The position numbers were made by a program, and so were the translations under genes. A model generated the notes under the pieces. That model saw nothing but the letters and a program-made list of their open reading frames with translations, searched no databases and was not told the DNA's origin. A stretch of 64,000 nucleotides of DNA. Origin: Amoeboaphelidium protococcarum X5. Lineage: Eukaryota > Fungi > Aphelidiomycota. Positions 11,786 through 22,825 of the stretch are shown here, piece after piece (position 1 is the first letter of the stretch; the number at the start of each line of letters is the position of its first letter). The stretch spans positions 300,275 to 364,274 of the forward strand of contig JALDTO010000200.1 of NCBI GenBank assembly GCA_023515725.1, given 5' to 3'.

Positions 11786-13342
11786 ATGGATAACAACAAC
11801 TAAGATCGTCATTTGTAAGCTCTTTACGGCGTGATTGATTAGCCGGTCGCTGATGCTCGTTAGCACCTTCATCATCATCAACATCAGTAGTAGTAGTAAC
11901 ACTAGTCTGATTAATTTGCGCTTTAGTAATAGTAGTAGCGGTAGTAGTAAGAGTTGTAACAATTGCATTATAACGATCAAGTGTCTGGTATACTCCAGGC
12001 TCAAGATTATGTCTAAATGGCCCAATCACCTCTCCCTGTGCAGCAGTAACAACAGCCTATGGTGTCTAAATACTAGCCAGTGTAATAGCTATAGCTTACT
12101 CCTCAGCTGGCTGATTATTCTTATAATATCATCCCCTCTGACCAGATTATATAATAGCAAGTCAACGAGATTCCTAATGGAACAAAGGGCTGGCCGCAGT
12201 TTATCGATCAGCACATCACTAATCAAATTCTCGCTCTTGATCCTGGTGCTAATGGTGATATTGACGCGTTTAGCGGGTAGTCGCTAAGCTTGGATCGCGT
12301 CTAGCCTGTTGATTTGAGCGTCTTGGGTCGCATCGAGGGAGGATTCTTTGTGCATGAAGACTGCTGGACGTGCTATCGAAGAAACTACTTTCATGTCTGT
12401 GCTGCTCTTCATATGGCATCTACCGCTTTCCAATAGCAGCTGTCTCACTCGGCTACCACTCAAGAGCCAGATCTGTATATAAATCTGCGTGATGATGGCT
12501 CCATGAATAATCTTAATCTGAAGAAGGTTGAATCTTTTGATCTGGACGTTGGTGTGAAGAGCACAGCTGGATTTGAAAACAAAGCTACCGAGATTGTGGC
12601 TCATGGCGTAAAGCGTAATGGAAAGGCGTGCAAGGTGGAGCCTCAGGCTATTGTGCCTAGTTATCATCCATCGTAAATGCTCAATGCTCAACTACTGTAA
12701 GCAGAGTTTCTGAATGGAAGTGCTGGCATCGGATGTCAGAATTCTCCTGATGACCCTAATGGCAATCTTCTGGCCTTCTAGCGCCTGTAGTTCCGGCATG
12801 CTACTGCCAATAATGGGAAGAGGCGCGCAATTTAGCAAAGGTACATGATTGTTATGACCTTATACGCCAATATGGAAGATGGCTCAAGAGTGGAAGTGAC
12901 GCGTTACCAAAGCGAAGAAATTGTTGTGCGTGGCCGATCTCCTGGTCATTACGCAGAGCAAGAGCAATTGAAAGAGGTGCGCAGATACAGCCACTTCTCA
13001 TCACCTCGCTCCTCAGAGCACACAATCACACCTCAGATGAATAGCTCTGAGCTGTCTTCTGCTCTCATTCCTCCAGTGAGTGCAGAGGGTGGCCATGATT
13101 ATGTCAATGCCTTTCTCAATATTGCCGGTAATGGCAGCGGTGATACAAACTAAGCTGATTGGATGACAAAAATCAATGCTAATGATGGTCTCGTTATTCC
13201 CACTGACGAACACCTTTATGAATACTTTATGAATGGTAAAGTGACTGCGGTTACCCCCGATCAAACCCAGTAAGTCAAAAGAGTCTCCATCAGTCAATAG
13301 TCGCGTCGAATCTCTGACATTAGCGGCAACATTGCCCTTTGA
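11786..13342 (+). CDS. NDT80: NDT80/PhoG-family transcription factor
   Basis: GFFVHEDCWTCYRRNYF, FQRLQFRHATANNGKRRA and IVVRGRSPGHY; Q/H-rich N-terminus; TGA at 13340-13342. Confidence 0.92.
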
Positions 13343-13520
13343 AACGTCTACTTTCCTCATTATCGAGATTAAGAATGTCAGACTGACTTTTGTCCCCACC
13401 ATGAATCAATGAAGGCATTAAATTCTCTCGATAAATAATTTTCCTTTTTAATTTACACTAAATATGACTGACTGCCAAACTACTACCTGACTAAATGCAA
13501 CCAACCATTTACTCAGTCGT
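13338..13520 (+). repeat. Direct repeat copy 1 (NDT80 stop codon + 3' UTR)
   Basis: 13374-13442 matches 17144-17212 at 61/69 nt; 13469-13488 is identical to 17233-17252 (20 nt). Confidence 0.9.
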
Positions 13521-13527
13521 ATGTTAA

Positions 13528-14197
13528 TCAAAACCGCGCTTCTTATCTCGTTGTGTAAGGGGAATCAAGCGGTGATTGATCAAAATCAATAGCGCGATTG
13601 AATTGCAGGCAGACCAGAATATAATGAAACAACTCCTTTGCATCGAATTAAACGTATAAAGCTGCGCTTTCTATGTACGCGTTCATCCAAAGTTTCAAGC
13701 ATTTAAAGAAATTCAACTTGACATGATTCTTCAGATCAGTATGATACTCCAAGCAATTTATTATATCACCCCATCCAGAAGAGGATTGTTTGCGAAACGA
13801 GCTCGGCTGTTATTCCAAACCAACTGCTTGTAGTTCTGGGCGCGGCGATTTATTAAAAGAAAGTCTAAACCAGACTGCAACATGTAGAAGTCAGTGCCTT
13901 CAGAATTGCCCCATTAAACGCGAAAGAGCCTAGTAACCATAGCTAAATTTAGATGAAGAAAGTCCAATTTGATATCATCTCGTGCAGCCTTGTGAAAAAG
14001 ATCAGTAAATCGTCTTTAAAACTCAGTAAATACATCCAATTAATGACATTGCGTTACCACGTAATACAGAAACCAGTGGCTTGCATCTACTCTAAATTTT
14101 AACGAAATTCATACAAGTTAATCAGCATTCTCTTCACAGCAGGTGGTCCAATCCATATATCGTCAAATTTCTTTTTGATAACGCGTGTGTTCTGCAT
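13528..14197 (-). pseudogene. Disrupted ORF, possibly the N-terminal half of a second Fanzor1
   Basis: Starts MQNTRVIKKKFDDIW and later reads EYHTDLKNHVKLNFFKCL, resembling the Fanzor1 N-terminal T..KNH...NF motif. Contains an internal TGA and frameshifts; no RuvC. Confidence 0.35.
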
Positions 14198-14813
14198 ATT
14201 TGTATTATCACAGGATGTTGCAAGTGAAAATATAAGCCAAGTACAAGATAATTAACAAGGAGAAGAGAAAATTTATATTTGTTGCACTTTAATGATGAAT
14301 AGATTGGCTGAATTGGTTTGGATTATGATTTAATTTTAGCCAGTCGACATATTGTTAAAAGGTGGTAATATAGTAAGTATAATTAATCTTTTGATGATCA
14401 TAACAGATATACAGTAATCACAAGACCATCTTATACTAAAAGCTACGTCAGCTCTTCCAGAGTCGTTCTCAACAATTAACTGTTCCGGATGACGTGCCAA
14501 CCGTTCTTATTCTTCACCAACTTAAACCTTATTGACATTACTTGTGAGAATTTAAAACTGAACAATTACTTATACGTCTATTTTAAAAACAAAGTTATTA
14601 TTCAATCATTTTGCGATCAGAAGTACGCATTTGTCTGGTCCATTCATGCTTCATGTTTAGATATAAGAAATAAGTAAACAACTGCAGGCTGTTGAAACAG
14701 ACCTTGAATATTATCCTACTATTGATACCTTTTTTCATTTACACCATTTTGAATATACGCGCCCGCCATACACTGGCCTACACCATCTAATCACCCTTTA
14801 GCTCCTACATAAA

Positions 14814-15721
14814 ATGGTAAGCACACATTAGCGAGTTTGGTATATTATTGTTCACGCAGATGGCTCACAGATCCCTAATTCCACCACTGATACTGTGTTT
14901 TTATCTCATGATGCTTTTATGGTCGACCTCCGTGATGCAATCATGGCTAAAATGCAAACGGGCCTTTAAAGAGCATTTCTGGCATTATGTTGAAAGTTTT
15001 TAAGGGTATATCTGAGTTGAGTGGATTGCCTATCAGCAGTAGTAAGCGCGTGAGTGATATTGGTGGAGAGGCTGAAATGACGGAAGAAAATGCTCTGGTT
15101 ATTTTGGTGCCAGATTTGCGTGTATCTGGTCGCTCGCTGCCGTAGAGTAGTAGCCGCATTACAAATGCGCGTCAATTATATATGATGGCACAACGTAAGG
15201 GCCAGTTGTTGAGTGTTGAATAGTCTTGCAGAAAGTTTCTGGACTCCATAGCGAGAAAGCTTTCTCTGTATTACAACTTTGATTACACTCTCCCTGGTCC
15301 CACTATTAGCGATTTAATAAAGGCCAAGAAAGGAATAGAAGTTTTTGAAGATGCACCGGATGATGATGATGATAATAATGTATATTGGAGTCATAGCAGG
15401 GCATAAAGTGAGTATGAATGTTATGATTATGGTGGGACTAGAAGTATTATGCGCGATGGGGACCCATTGATACCGACGAAGTTGCCTGATATTTTCACGG
15501 CTAATGAATGGGAAATATTAAGTAAGCTAGACAGAATTGCAGCTTAACGATTTATCGATGGAAGGATACCTCGGTTGCATACGAAGTCTTATGTCGTCAT
15601 TCCGCATTCAGAGTTTACACCTGAAAGTGTCGCCTCTCTCAAGAATATCTGTGTAAAAGCTGAGCTAGCCGCTGATCCTGATGGTTTCCTTGTATATGAC
15701 CAAGATGGCTAGATGGAATGA
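14814..15721 (+). pseudogene. Crinkler (CRN)-like effector with two frameshifts (~14950, ~15480)
   Basis: N-terminal CRN ubiquitin-like header: RVWYIIV...DLRDAIMAK..LKVF...EENALVILVP. Followed by a C-terminal domain containing KFLDSIARKL and LPDIFTANEW. Confidence 0.65.
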
Positions 15722-16173
15722 GTTAGCATAGTGTGATGAAAATGAAGAACACCGTTCTCTGTAATCAAAAGCATTGTTTAAACGCGTCTTCTCTTTCTTC
15801 CCCAACAAGACTCGATATCACACACTGTCTCCTATACAATGAACGGTTTGATGGAGGACATCCAAGAGTTTCTAAGAACTTTTATTCCGAGATTGCAATA
15901 AAACAACATAGAATAACATATGTCAAAGAGAAACGCGTCGATCATGAATGAAATTGCTAACTGCTACGAGAAGATTAGTATTTTGCTGGGTAATCTCTAA
16001 TTGCTTTTTGAAGTTCAGATTCATCTAATAGTAAATAAGTCTTATTCTTTGGATTCATCGTTGAGATTTAGTTGAGGTATTTTTACGAGATGTTATTCAG
16101 CTTGGCTTGACGCGATAATGCGTTTCACTTCTTCTCACCAATCATTGTCTACTTATGCAGTAACTACAGTAAA

Positions 16174-17103
16174 ATGAGCCAATCAAAAGACAAGTAATAA
16201 AAAGAGCCTCGTGATTTTGATGAATTACCGTTCATTACTGATATTGCACGCCCTATGGAGTCTAAATCTGGTAGAGTAAAGAATATTGAGCGTTTGTTTA
16301 AAGAGAAGTTTGGTTTGTCGTCAGACGAAGCTCTTCTGTTTGCAGAAGATATGGTGGATGTGATTATTCCTGAGGGACGTGATTAAAATGACTACCTGGT
16401 CATGATGGCTATTGACAGAGGAATCAATAGCAGGAAATTACCAGTTGGATACGTGCCTGCATCTGTCACCAAGGATCTGTAGCTGCTAAAGCTGAAACAG
16501 TTGTATGGCGGCGCACGTGGAGATCGCGCTGAGAAAGAAATCTACGCGATTCAATGCGGACAGAGTCTGGATCAGATCAGAGGCGTTATTGATTAGATTC
16601 GAGCGCAAGTAGAAGCTAAAAGATTAATATTCCACGGAGTCGTTAATTCATCGATTGTTAGCCACTTGGTTGCGCATGATTTCCAATACGTGTCTTCAAA
16701 CTTCGAAAATCCTTGTGAGTTTGGTAATGGAATATATTGTTCGTACTAGTTGGAATATGCATTCCAGCACATCAGTAAGTATTAGTCAGCAGGACAGGCG
16801 ATTTTAGTTTTCGATTGGTCTTGTGTTGATGATCTGGAGTACCATTATATACAAGGATAAGCGTGGAAAATGCTGGTCAAGTAAAATGTCTGCATACACG
16901 ATGAAGTGAAGATGAGAGAAATTGGGTTTCCTCCGAATCTGTTCAAAAGTTTCGATGTAGTTGAAGGCTCTATCACGAAAAACTACAAGGCAATTCAATC
17001 GTGTTCAGAGCCCATCAGTGGAACTTCAACTTAAGTTGTAGTGTTGCGACATTATGGCGAAATCTTATTTCCTCGTTTAATTGGTTTAATCTACTTGAAA
17101 TGA
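16174..17103 (+). CDS. Putative ADP-ribosyltransferase-fold (PARP-like/DUF3990-like) protein, 309 aa
   Basis: Intact ORF checked codon by codon. Motifs LIFHG, EFGNGIYCS..LEYA, AILVF, W..LV..N, FDVVEG and TQVVV, matching the H-Y-x ART strand pattern. Confidence 0.65.
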
Positions 17104-17105
17104 TA

Positions 17106-17284
17106 TTTGAAAGAGTTTACTTGGCTCCTTATCGAGTATTGTGAATGTCAGACTTACTTCTGTCCCCATAATGAATCAATGAAGACGTTAAATTCTCTCA
17201 ACAAATAATTTTAAATTAGTTTACACTGACTTTGACTGCCAAACTACTACCTTTTTAAATACGACTAACCTTTATCAATTGTAT
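17106..17284 (+). repeat. Direct repeat copy 2, acting as 3' UTR of the ART-like gene
   Basis: Begins 3 nt after the ART TGA and is homologous to 13338-13520. Confidence 0.9.
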
Positions 17285-17460
17285 AACGAGGCTGCCACGT
17301 GTTTAACCAGCGCGTGGTTGTTGAATTTCGTCATTTCTCTCGCCCTGAACGCGCGTTCCTTTCAAACGTTTTAACGCTCACACAAAGAGACTGGTGGACT
17401 TAATGGCTTTTTTAGTCTTTCGGAATATACGTTCCTGTGAAATTGATAGAACATAGTACC

Positions 17461-20400
17461 ATGACGGAATTAGTAAAAGAACAACCAGAGTAAAAGCAAG
17501 CTGTTATTGCCCCATAGGATTATACTGGAGATCCGGCTGCGAATGCTCTTGTCAGCTCGTACATGGGTAATGTAAAAATTTCTGGTGTTATATGTGCTTC
17601 AGTCTTTGCACCAATGCTAATTTTCTATCTCTTGAAATTATTGGGCTTATAACTCAATTTCTTATCCACATCAATTATTGGAATTCTAATTGTATCAGCA
17701 CTGAGTGGTGTAATTCGTAAAGAGATTGAGACGTACAAACGCCTGGTCAGAGTAGAGTTGTAGCGGTAGTAGGGATTGCGACAGCTGGACACGGACATTG
17801 AGAGCGCCGAGTGGTTGAATCTCATCCTGGGAAGGTTCTGGCTTATATTCGAACCGGTAATTAGCGATATTGTGACTGGCTCTGTTAATTAGATTCTGGA
17901 CCAGTACACGCCGTCGTTCATAGATTCTATTGGTCTTAGCGAATTTACTCTGGGCACTGTGGCCCCTCGATTGGCCAACTTTAGGGGTATCACCAAGACT
18001 GATGATGACATTATCAGGTTTGATTGTGATGCTATATTTGAGCCTAAGGATTCTGAAGACTTGGTGGTGACGAAAGATGAGCGTAACTCGAAGATTGTAC
18101 TCAGCACTCGTATTGGCAAAGGTGTGATGGGTGTCGAGATTCCCGTGCTGGTCAAGAACATTGGATTCTCTGCATAGGCGCAGATTGAGCTGTAGACCAT
18201 GCAGGGATTCCCATTCGTGAAGATTGTCAAACTGTAGTTGCCACAACATCCATCTGTTTAGTTTGTGTTAAAGCCGCTGAAAGGTATGGATTTGATGGAT
18301 CTTCCCGGTTTGAATGCATTTCTGTAGACTTTGATCAGAGATATTGTGGGAATGCTTTTCGTCCATCCAAATGCTTTCGTCTTGGATCTGGATGCAATTA
18401 TGAATGGAGATTACGCCGTTGGGGAGTAGGCAACAGGTATCCTACTTGTAAAGGTGTATGAAGCTAGAGGGTTGAAGAACATGGAGTCATTTGGTGTTAG
18501 TGATCCATTCGCCAAAGTGAAGATTGGTGGAAAGGAGGTGGCCAGGACAAAAGTCATTGATAATAATCTCAATCCGTACTTTAATGAGTCCTTCTATGTA
18601 ATCGTGCACTCCTTGAATGACACTTTTGAATTGGGAATCTATGATAAGGACTTGATCAAAGATTCAATGATGGGCTCGTACAAGTCCACTCTGGCAGAAT
18701 TTGGATTAGATCAGAAGCCAAAGACTGATGATATGTGGAAGCCGTTAAGTATGAAAGAGTCCAAGTAGTTGGGGAAGGATTCTAAGAGCTCTCTGCCAGA
18801 TCTGTCTATGCCGTCCATTGGTGGAAAGGGTGGGAAAAGTTCTAAGGGAGATGTGAGATTTGAATTGTCATTCTATCCACTTCCTTCTGTCGAGCAGGTG
18901 GCTGAGGCGGCTCAGTAACTTACTGAAGATGTCTCACGCTCATCTAATCAACAGTAATCTGCTACATCCGCCGGAGTTCTGCGTGTCACTGTGCATCAGT
19001 TGAAAGAATTAGATTCCAAGAGAACTAATATCGGTGTATTTAGTCCCTATGTCGAGGTACTACATTTCGGTAATGTCGTGTTTAAGAGTAAGGTGGTCAA
19101 GAGGAAGAATAATCCATCCTTTGAGCAGACATTTCAGCTGTTTATCAGAGATACAACGTTTGATCAGCTCAAGTTTGTAGCTTATGATCATCGTGAGCTA
19201 TCCAATAATGTCGAGTTGGGTGACTGCGTATTGACTCTCAATGAAATCATAAAGAATTTGAATAAGAAGACCAACAAGATCGAGTGGTGGTCTCTGCGTA
19301 ACGTCAATTCTGGTCAGATTCGCTTGTCTTTCCAATTCACCCCAGTTGAATTTGACCATGCTGTGCCTCACTTAAGTCTCACTGGTAAGAATATTGCCTT
19401 ACCTGCTATTGGAGTATTACGTGTGAAGGTAATAGAAGCGCTGGATTTGAAGAATGCTTAGAATGTTGGCATTTCTGATCCGTATGTCAACATTGTCTAC
19501 GCTGGCATGATTCGCGCCAAGACTGACATTATTGAGAGTTCTCTGGAGCCAATGTGGAATGAGACGCATTACATTCTGGTGCAAGATGACTCTCTGAAGG
19601 GGAAGTTGTTCTTTGAGATTTTTGATTTTAATAATCTTCAGAAAGATAAGATGATGGGCGATGCCGAGTTTGATTTGAAGTAGTTGGAAAGTAGTAATAC
19701 CAAGCAGAATGCAGATTAGGGTAAGGCGCAAGAGTTTTGGATTCCAGTCACTTTGAGTAAAAAGCAGGCTGGCTCTTTGAGGGTGGAATTGTCATTTCAT
19801 CGCACCATTGTGCCTAAAGCTGTTGAAAATGCTGCAGAATCTACGGCCCCATTGGCTGATGGAAGTGTTAAAGACGTTAGAGGCACTTAGATTGTTGAAT
19901 CAAGCAATAAGGTTGCTAGCACACAGTTAAGTAATATCGATGATTTTAGATCCGGAATTCTATCTATAGAGATTGAATAGATTGAATTAGACAAGGCCAC
20001 TCAACTCAAGAATGAAGATGATATACCTGAGCCTTATTTGGAGTTTTATGATTCCACTGGAAGTATTTACAGCAATGAAATCGCATCTCTGTATGAGTAC
20101 AACACTATTGCGATGAGGAACGCGGTTGAAGGATCCAAATCTAGTTTATTTGGCTCTATCCGCAAATTGGGTGGTAGTGCTGCAAAGGGATCTAATGATT
20201 TGGACTCGTTGATGAACTCTTTGCAAAACAAGAATGAGGCTGCGATTAAGAATGCAAGAAACTATGTCTTGGTGGAGAGAAAGCTGTCCAATAAGAAAGG
20301 TCTCGATGTCGCAATGGATGAGCAGTTTGAGTTATTTGTTACGGATGTTGAGTCTGCGTCACTATTAGTTGTATGCAAGGATTATGCTAGACCAAAGGGA

Positions 20401-22251
20401 TTACCAGGAGTAGCCGGTTTGAGTAATGTTGGTAGAATCATTAGTGGCAGTGGTAATAAAAAGGATCTAAAAGGATCTCCGCGCGAGTCTGATTCCGAAG
20501 CTGAGGATGAACCAAAGAAGGTGGAGCGTGCTCAAATGTTGATGCATCCAATCTTGGGCAAGAACGAAATATCAATCAAGGATTTATTGCAGGATGTGGC
20601 CAAATTGTAAGGCTAAGCTGTGATTGTTGACACTAATGAGGCTGCTACTTCCTCCTCCGAGGCATAGCCTGATGTATAGAAGACTGTAAACTAGAGTCTA
20701 TGGCGTAAATTGGTGTCAATTAAGTCAGAGGGGAATCCTATTTCTGGTAGATTCAAGATTAATGTCAACTTCAAGCCTGTGCCTTTGAATGAAGATTAGT
20801 TGTACGCAGAGTAACTGTTATGGCTCACTAATTCCGGAAACTTGTCTGTTAATGTGATCGAAGGACACAATCTTCCGGCTGTTGATACTAGTGGCTCTTC
20901 TGATCCATTTGTCGTATTGAAGCTGAACAGCGACAAGTCTGTAAAGACCAAAGTGGTGAAGAAGAACAATAAGAATCCTCGATACAATGAAACGTTCAAC
21001 TTTGAGTTGAAGAATCGTGCTGCGTCTCGACTGTAAATTGAAGTCTATGACTGGAATTAGTTTGAGGGAAATAAGCTTATGGGGCATATACCTGTTGACT
21101 GTAGCAAGTTTTTGGCTGACGAGAGTTAGGAAGTGTAATTAGCTCTTTTGGATGAAGATAGCGGAGAGCCTTTGAAAAGCATTGATGGCCTGCCATCCAC
21201 TTTGCAGTTGAAGTTTACATTCAAACCTGATGCTAAACTTGCCGCGTTCAAGAGAAGGAGACCAAAGAATAAGAATCTACTGTAGAATACTCTGGGCACA
21301 GCTGTTATTAGTCCAATGAATGATGCTGTTGGTCTGATCAGTGGTACGGCGTTGGCCGCTTAGAAGATGATGCATTTTAAGAAGAGCAATAAGGAGAAGA
21401 AGAAGGCTGAGGGGGCAATGTCAATAACTTCTGTGGCGTCCAGTTATGAATTCAGTGGTCAGAGTGATACCGAAACACCAGCTGCTGATAGCGCTCCTGT
21501 TAAATAAATTGACGCTCCTCTTGAAAATGCAGCTGGTAAGAATGTGGACGATTTATAGCAGATTGTGCCTGAACCATCTGCACTTGCTCCTATCGGTGGT
21601 TTGAATACAAGTTTATAAAACTCAACACAATCTTTGAGTGAGAGCGGCACCCTTTTGGTGACTGTTGTTGAATGCATGAACTTGAAGGCTGTTGACAAAG
21701 GTGGCAGCAGTGACCCGTTTGTTAAAGTCAAGTTTAGTCGCAAAGAGGATTAGAACCAGGCTAATAATCAGCACTCGGAAAAGAGAAGCTTATTCCATGG
21801 TGTTGGCGGTGGTAAAGATGTGCTGGAGAAGGTTCACTTTAAGACTAAGCATGTGAAGAAGAATTTGAATCCAGTGTTTAATGAATAGTTTATGCTGCCT
21901 GTCTCCGTGAAGAAAGATGATGGTCTGATGGTTACTTTGAGCATCAAAGATCATAATACATTTGGAAATGCCGTCGATATTGGAGATCTGTAGCTTGATG
22001 TTTGGCAGCTATTTGCCGATGCTTAGCACGAATCCGAGAATCTACAAGTTGTCGATTTCATTTCATCTCCTGGTTAACTTCTGAACGGTGATAATGGACA
22101 GATTCGCGTCAAATTGGAGTATCGCGCTGGCTTGGCTCCGTCTGAGCTGAGTCCTAGAAGTCGCTTCGGCTCTAATGCTTCCCTGTCATCTGGTGGTGGC
22201 ATGTCTGATGAAATGAAGAAATCAAGAAGCTTTCTATCTGGTAAAAATTGA
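17461..22251 (+). CDS. Tricalbin / extended synaptotagmin (TM hairpin, SMP domain, multiple C2 domains), ~1596 aa
   Basis: ESAEWLNLILGRFW (SMP) and repeated C2 motifs (GVSDPF, GISDPY, GSSDPFV, NLNP.FNE); all sub-ORFs share one frame ending in TGA 22249-22251. Confidence 0.92.
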
Positions 22252-22825
22252 ATAACTTGAAATGATTAATGAACTCTTATTTAGCTCAATATCAATCAAT
22301 ATCAACTTCCTCTCTGTCCTCAATTGCGTTTCGGACATCGTTCCTGGACAGGTTACGTGGTCCACAGACATAGCGAGTATCAATCTAGATTCGAAGTGGC
22401 CGCTCTAATATGCGACGGTTCCACATATGGCGATAAACTATCATTTCAAGATATATATACGCACACTAAATCAAATGTCATTATGCAAAATTTTCACTAT
22501 CAGAAAGAAGTTGGCAAGAATTAACTCATGAGTACATCAATAATTAAAAGCTCTACGTCATCTAGCTAGTCGATTCAAATGACATTGTTTCAGAGCCGAA
22601 TTGAGCCATGTGATCACGTTCGCTGAAAATACTTTAATGAGGCTTTCAGAATTCCAAAAAATCAATGACGAATTGTTTGACGATAAGCCACAAATCCGAT
22701 CTGAATCTCATCAAACAATGCTTGGCTGAAATTCATGCTGTTCATCCTCAACAGTCTTTCTTGTCTTCTTCTCTGCACTTTAATACTTGCACAAATAAGA
22801 ATACTGAGTCGTTCCAACTCATACA

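Noticed and set aside
9773-12287. Leu-rich or Ser-rich ORFs in the track (e.g. 9773-10330, 10892-11620, 11835-12287; also 30399-30782)
   Set aside because: Antisense or off-frame shadows of polyQ tracts in epsin, NDT80 and Rictor.
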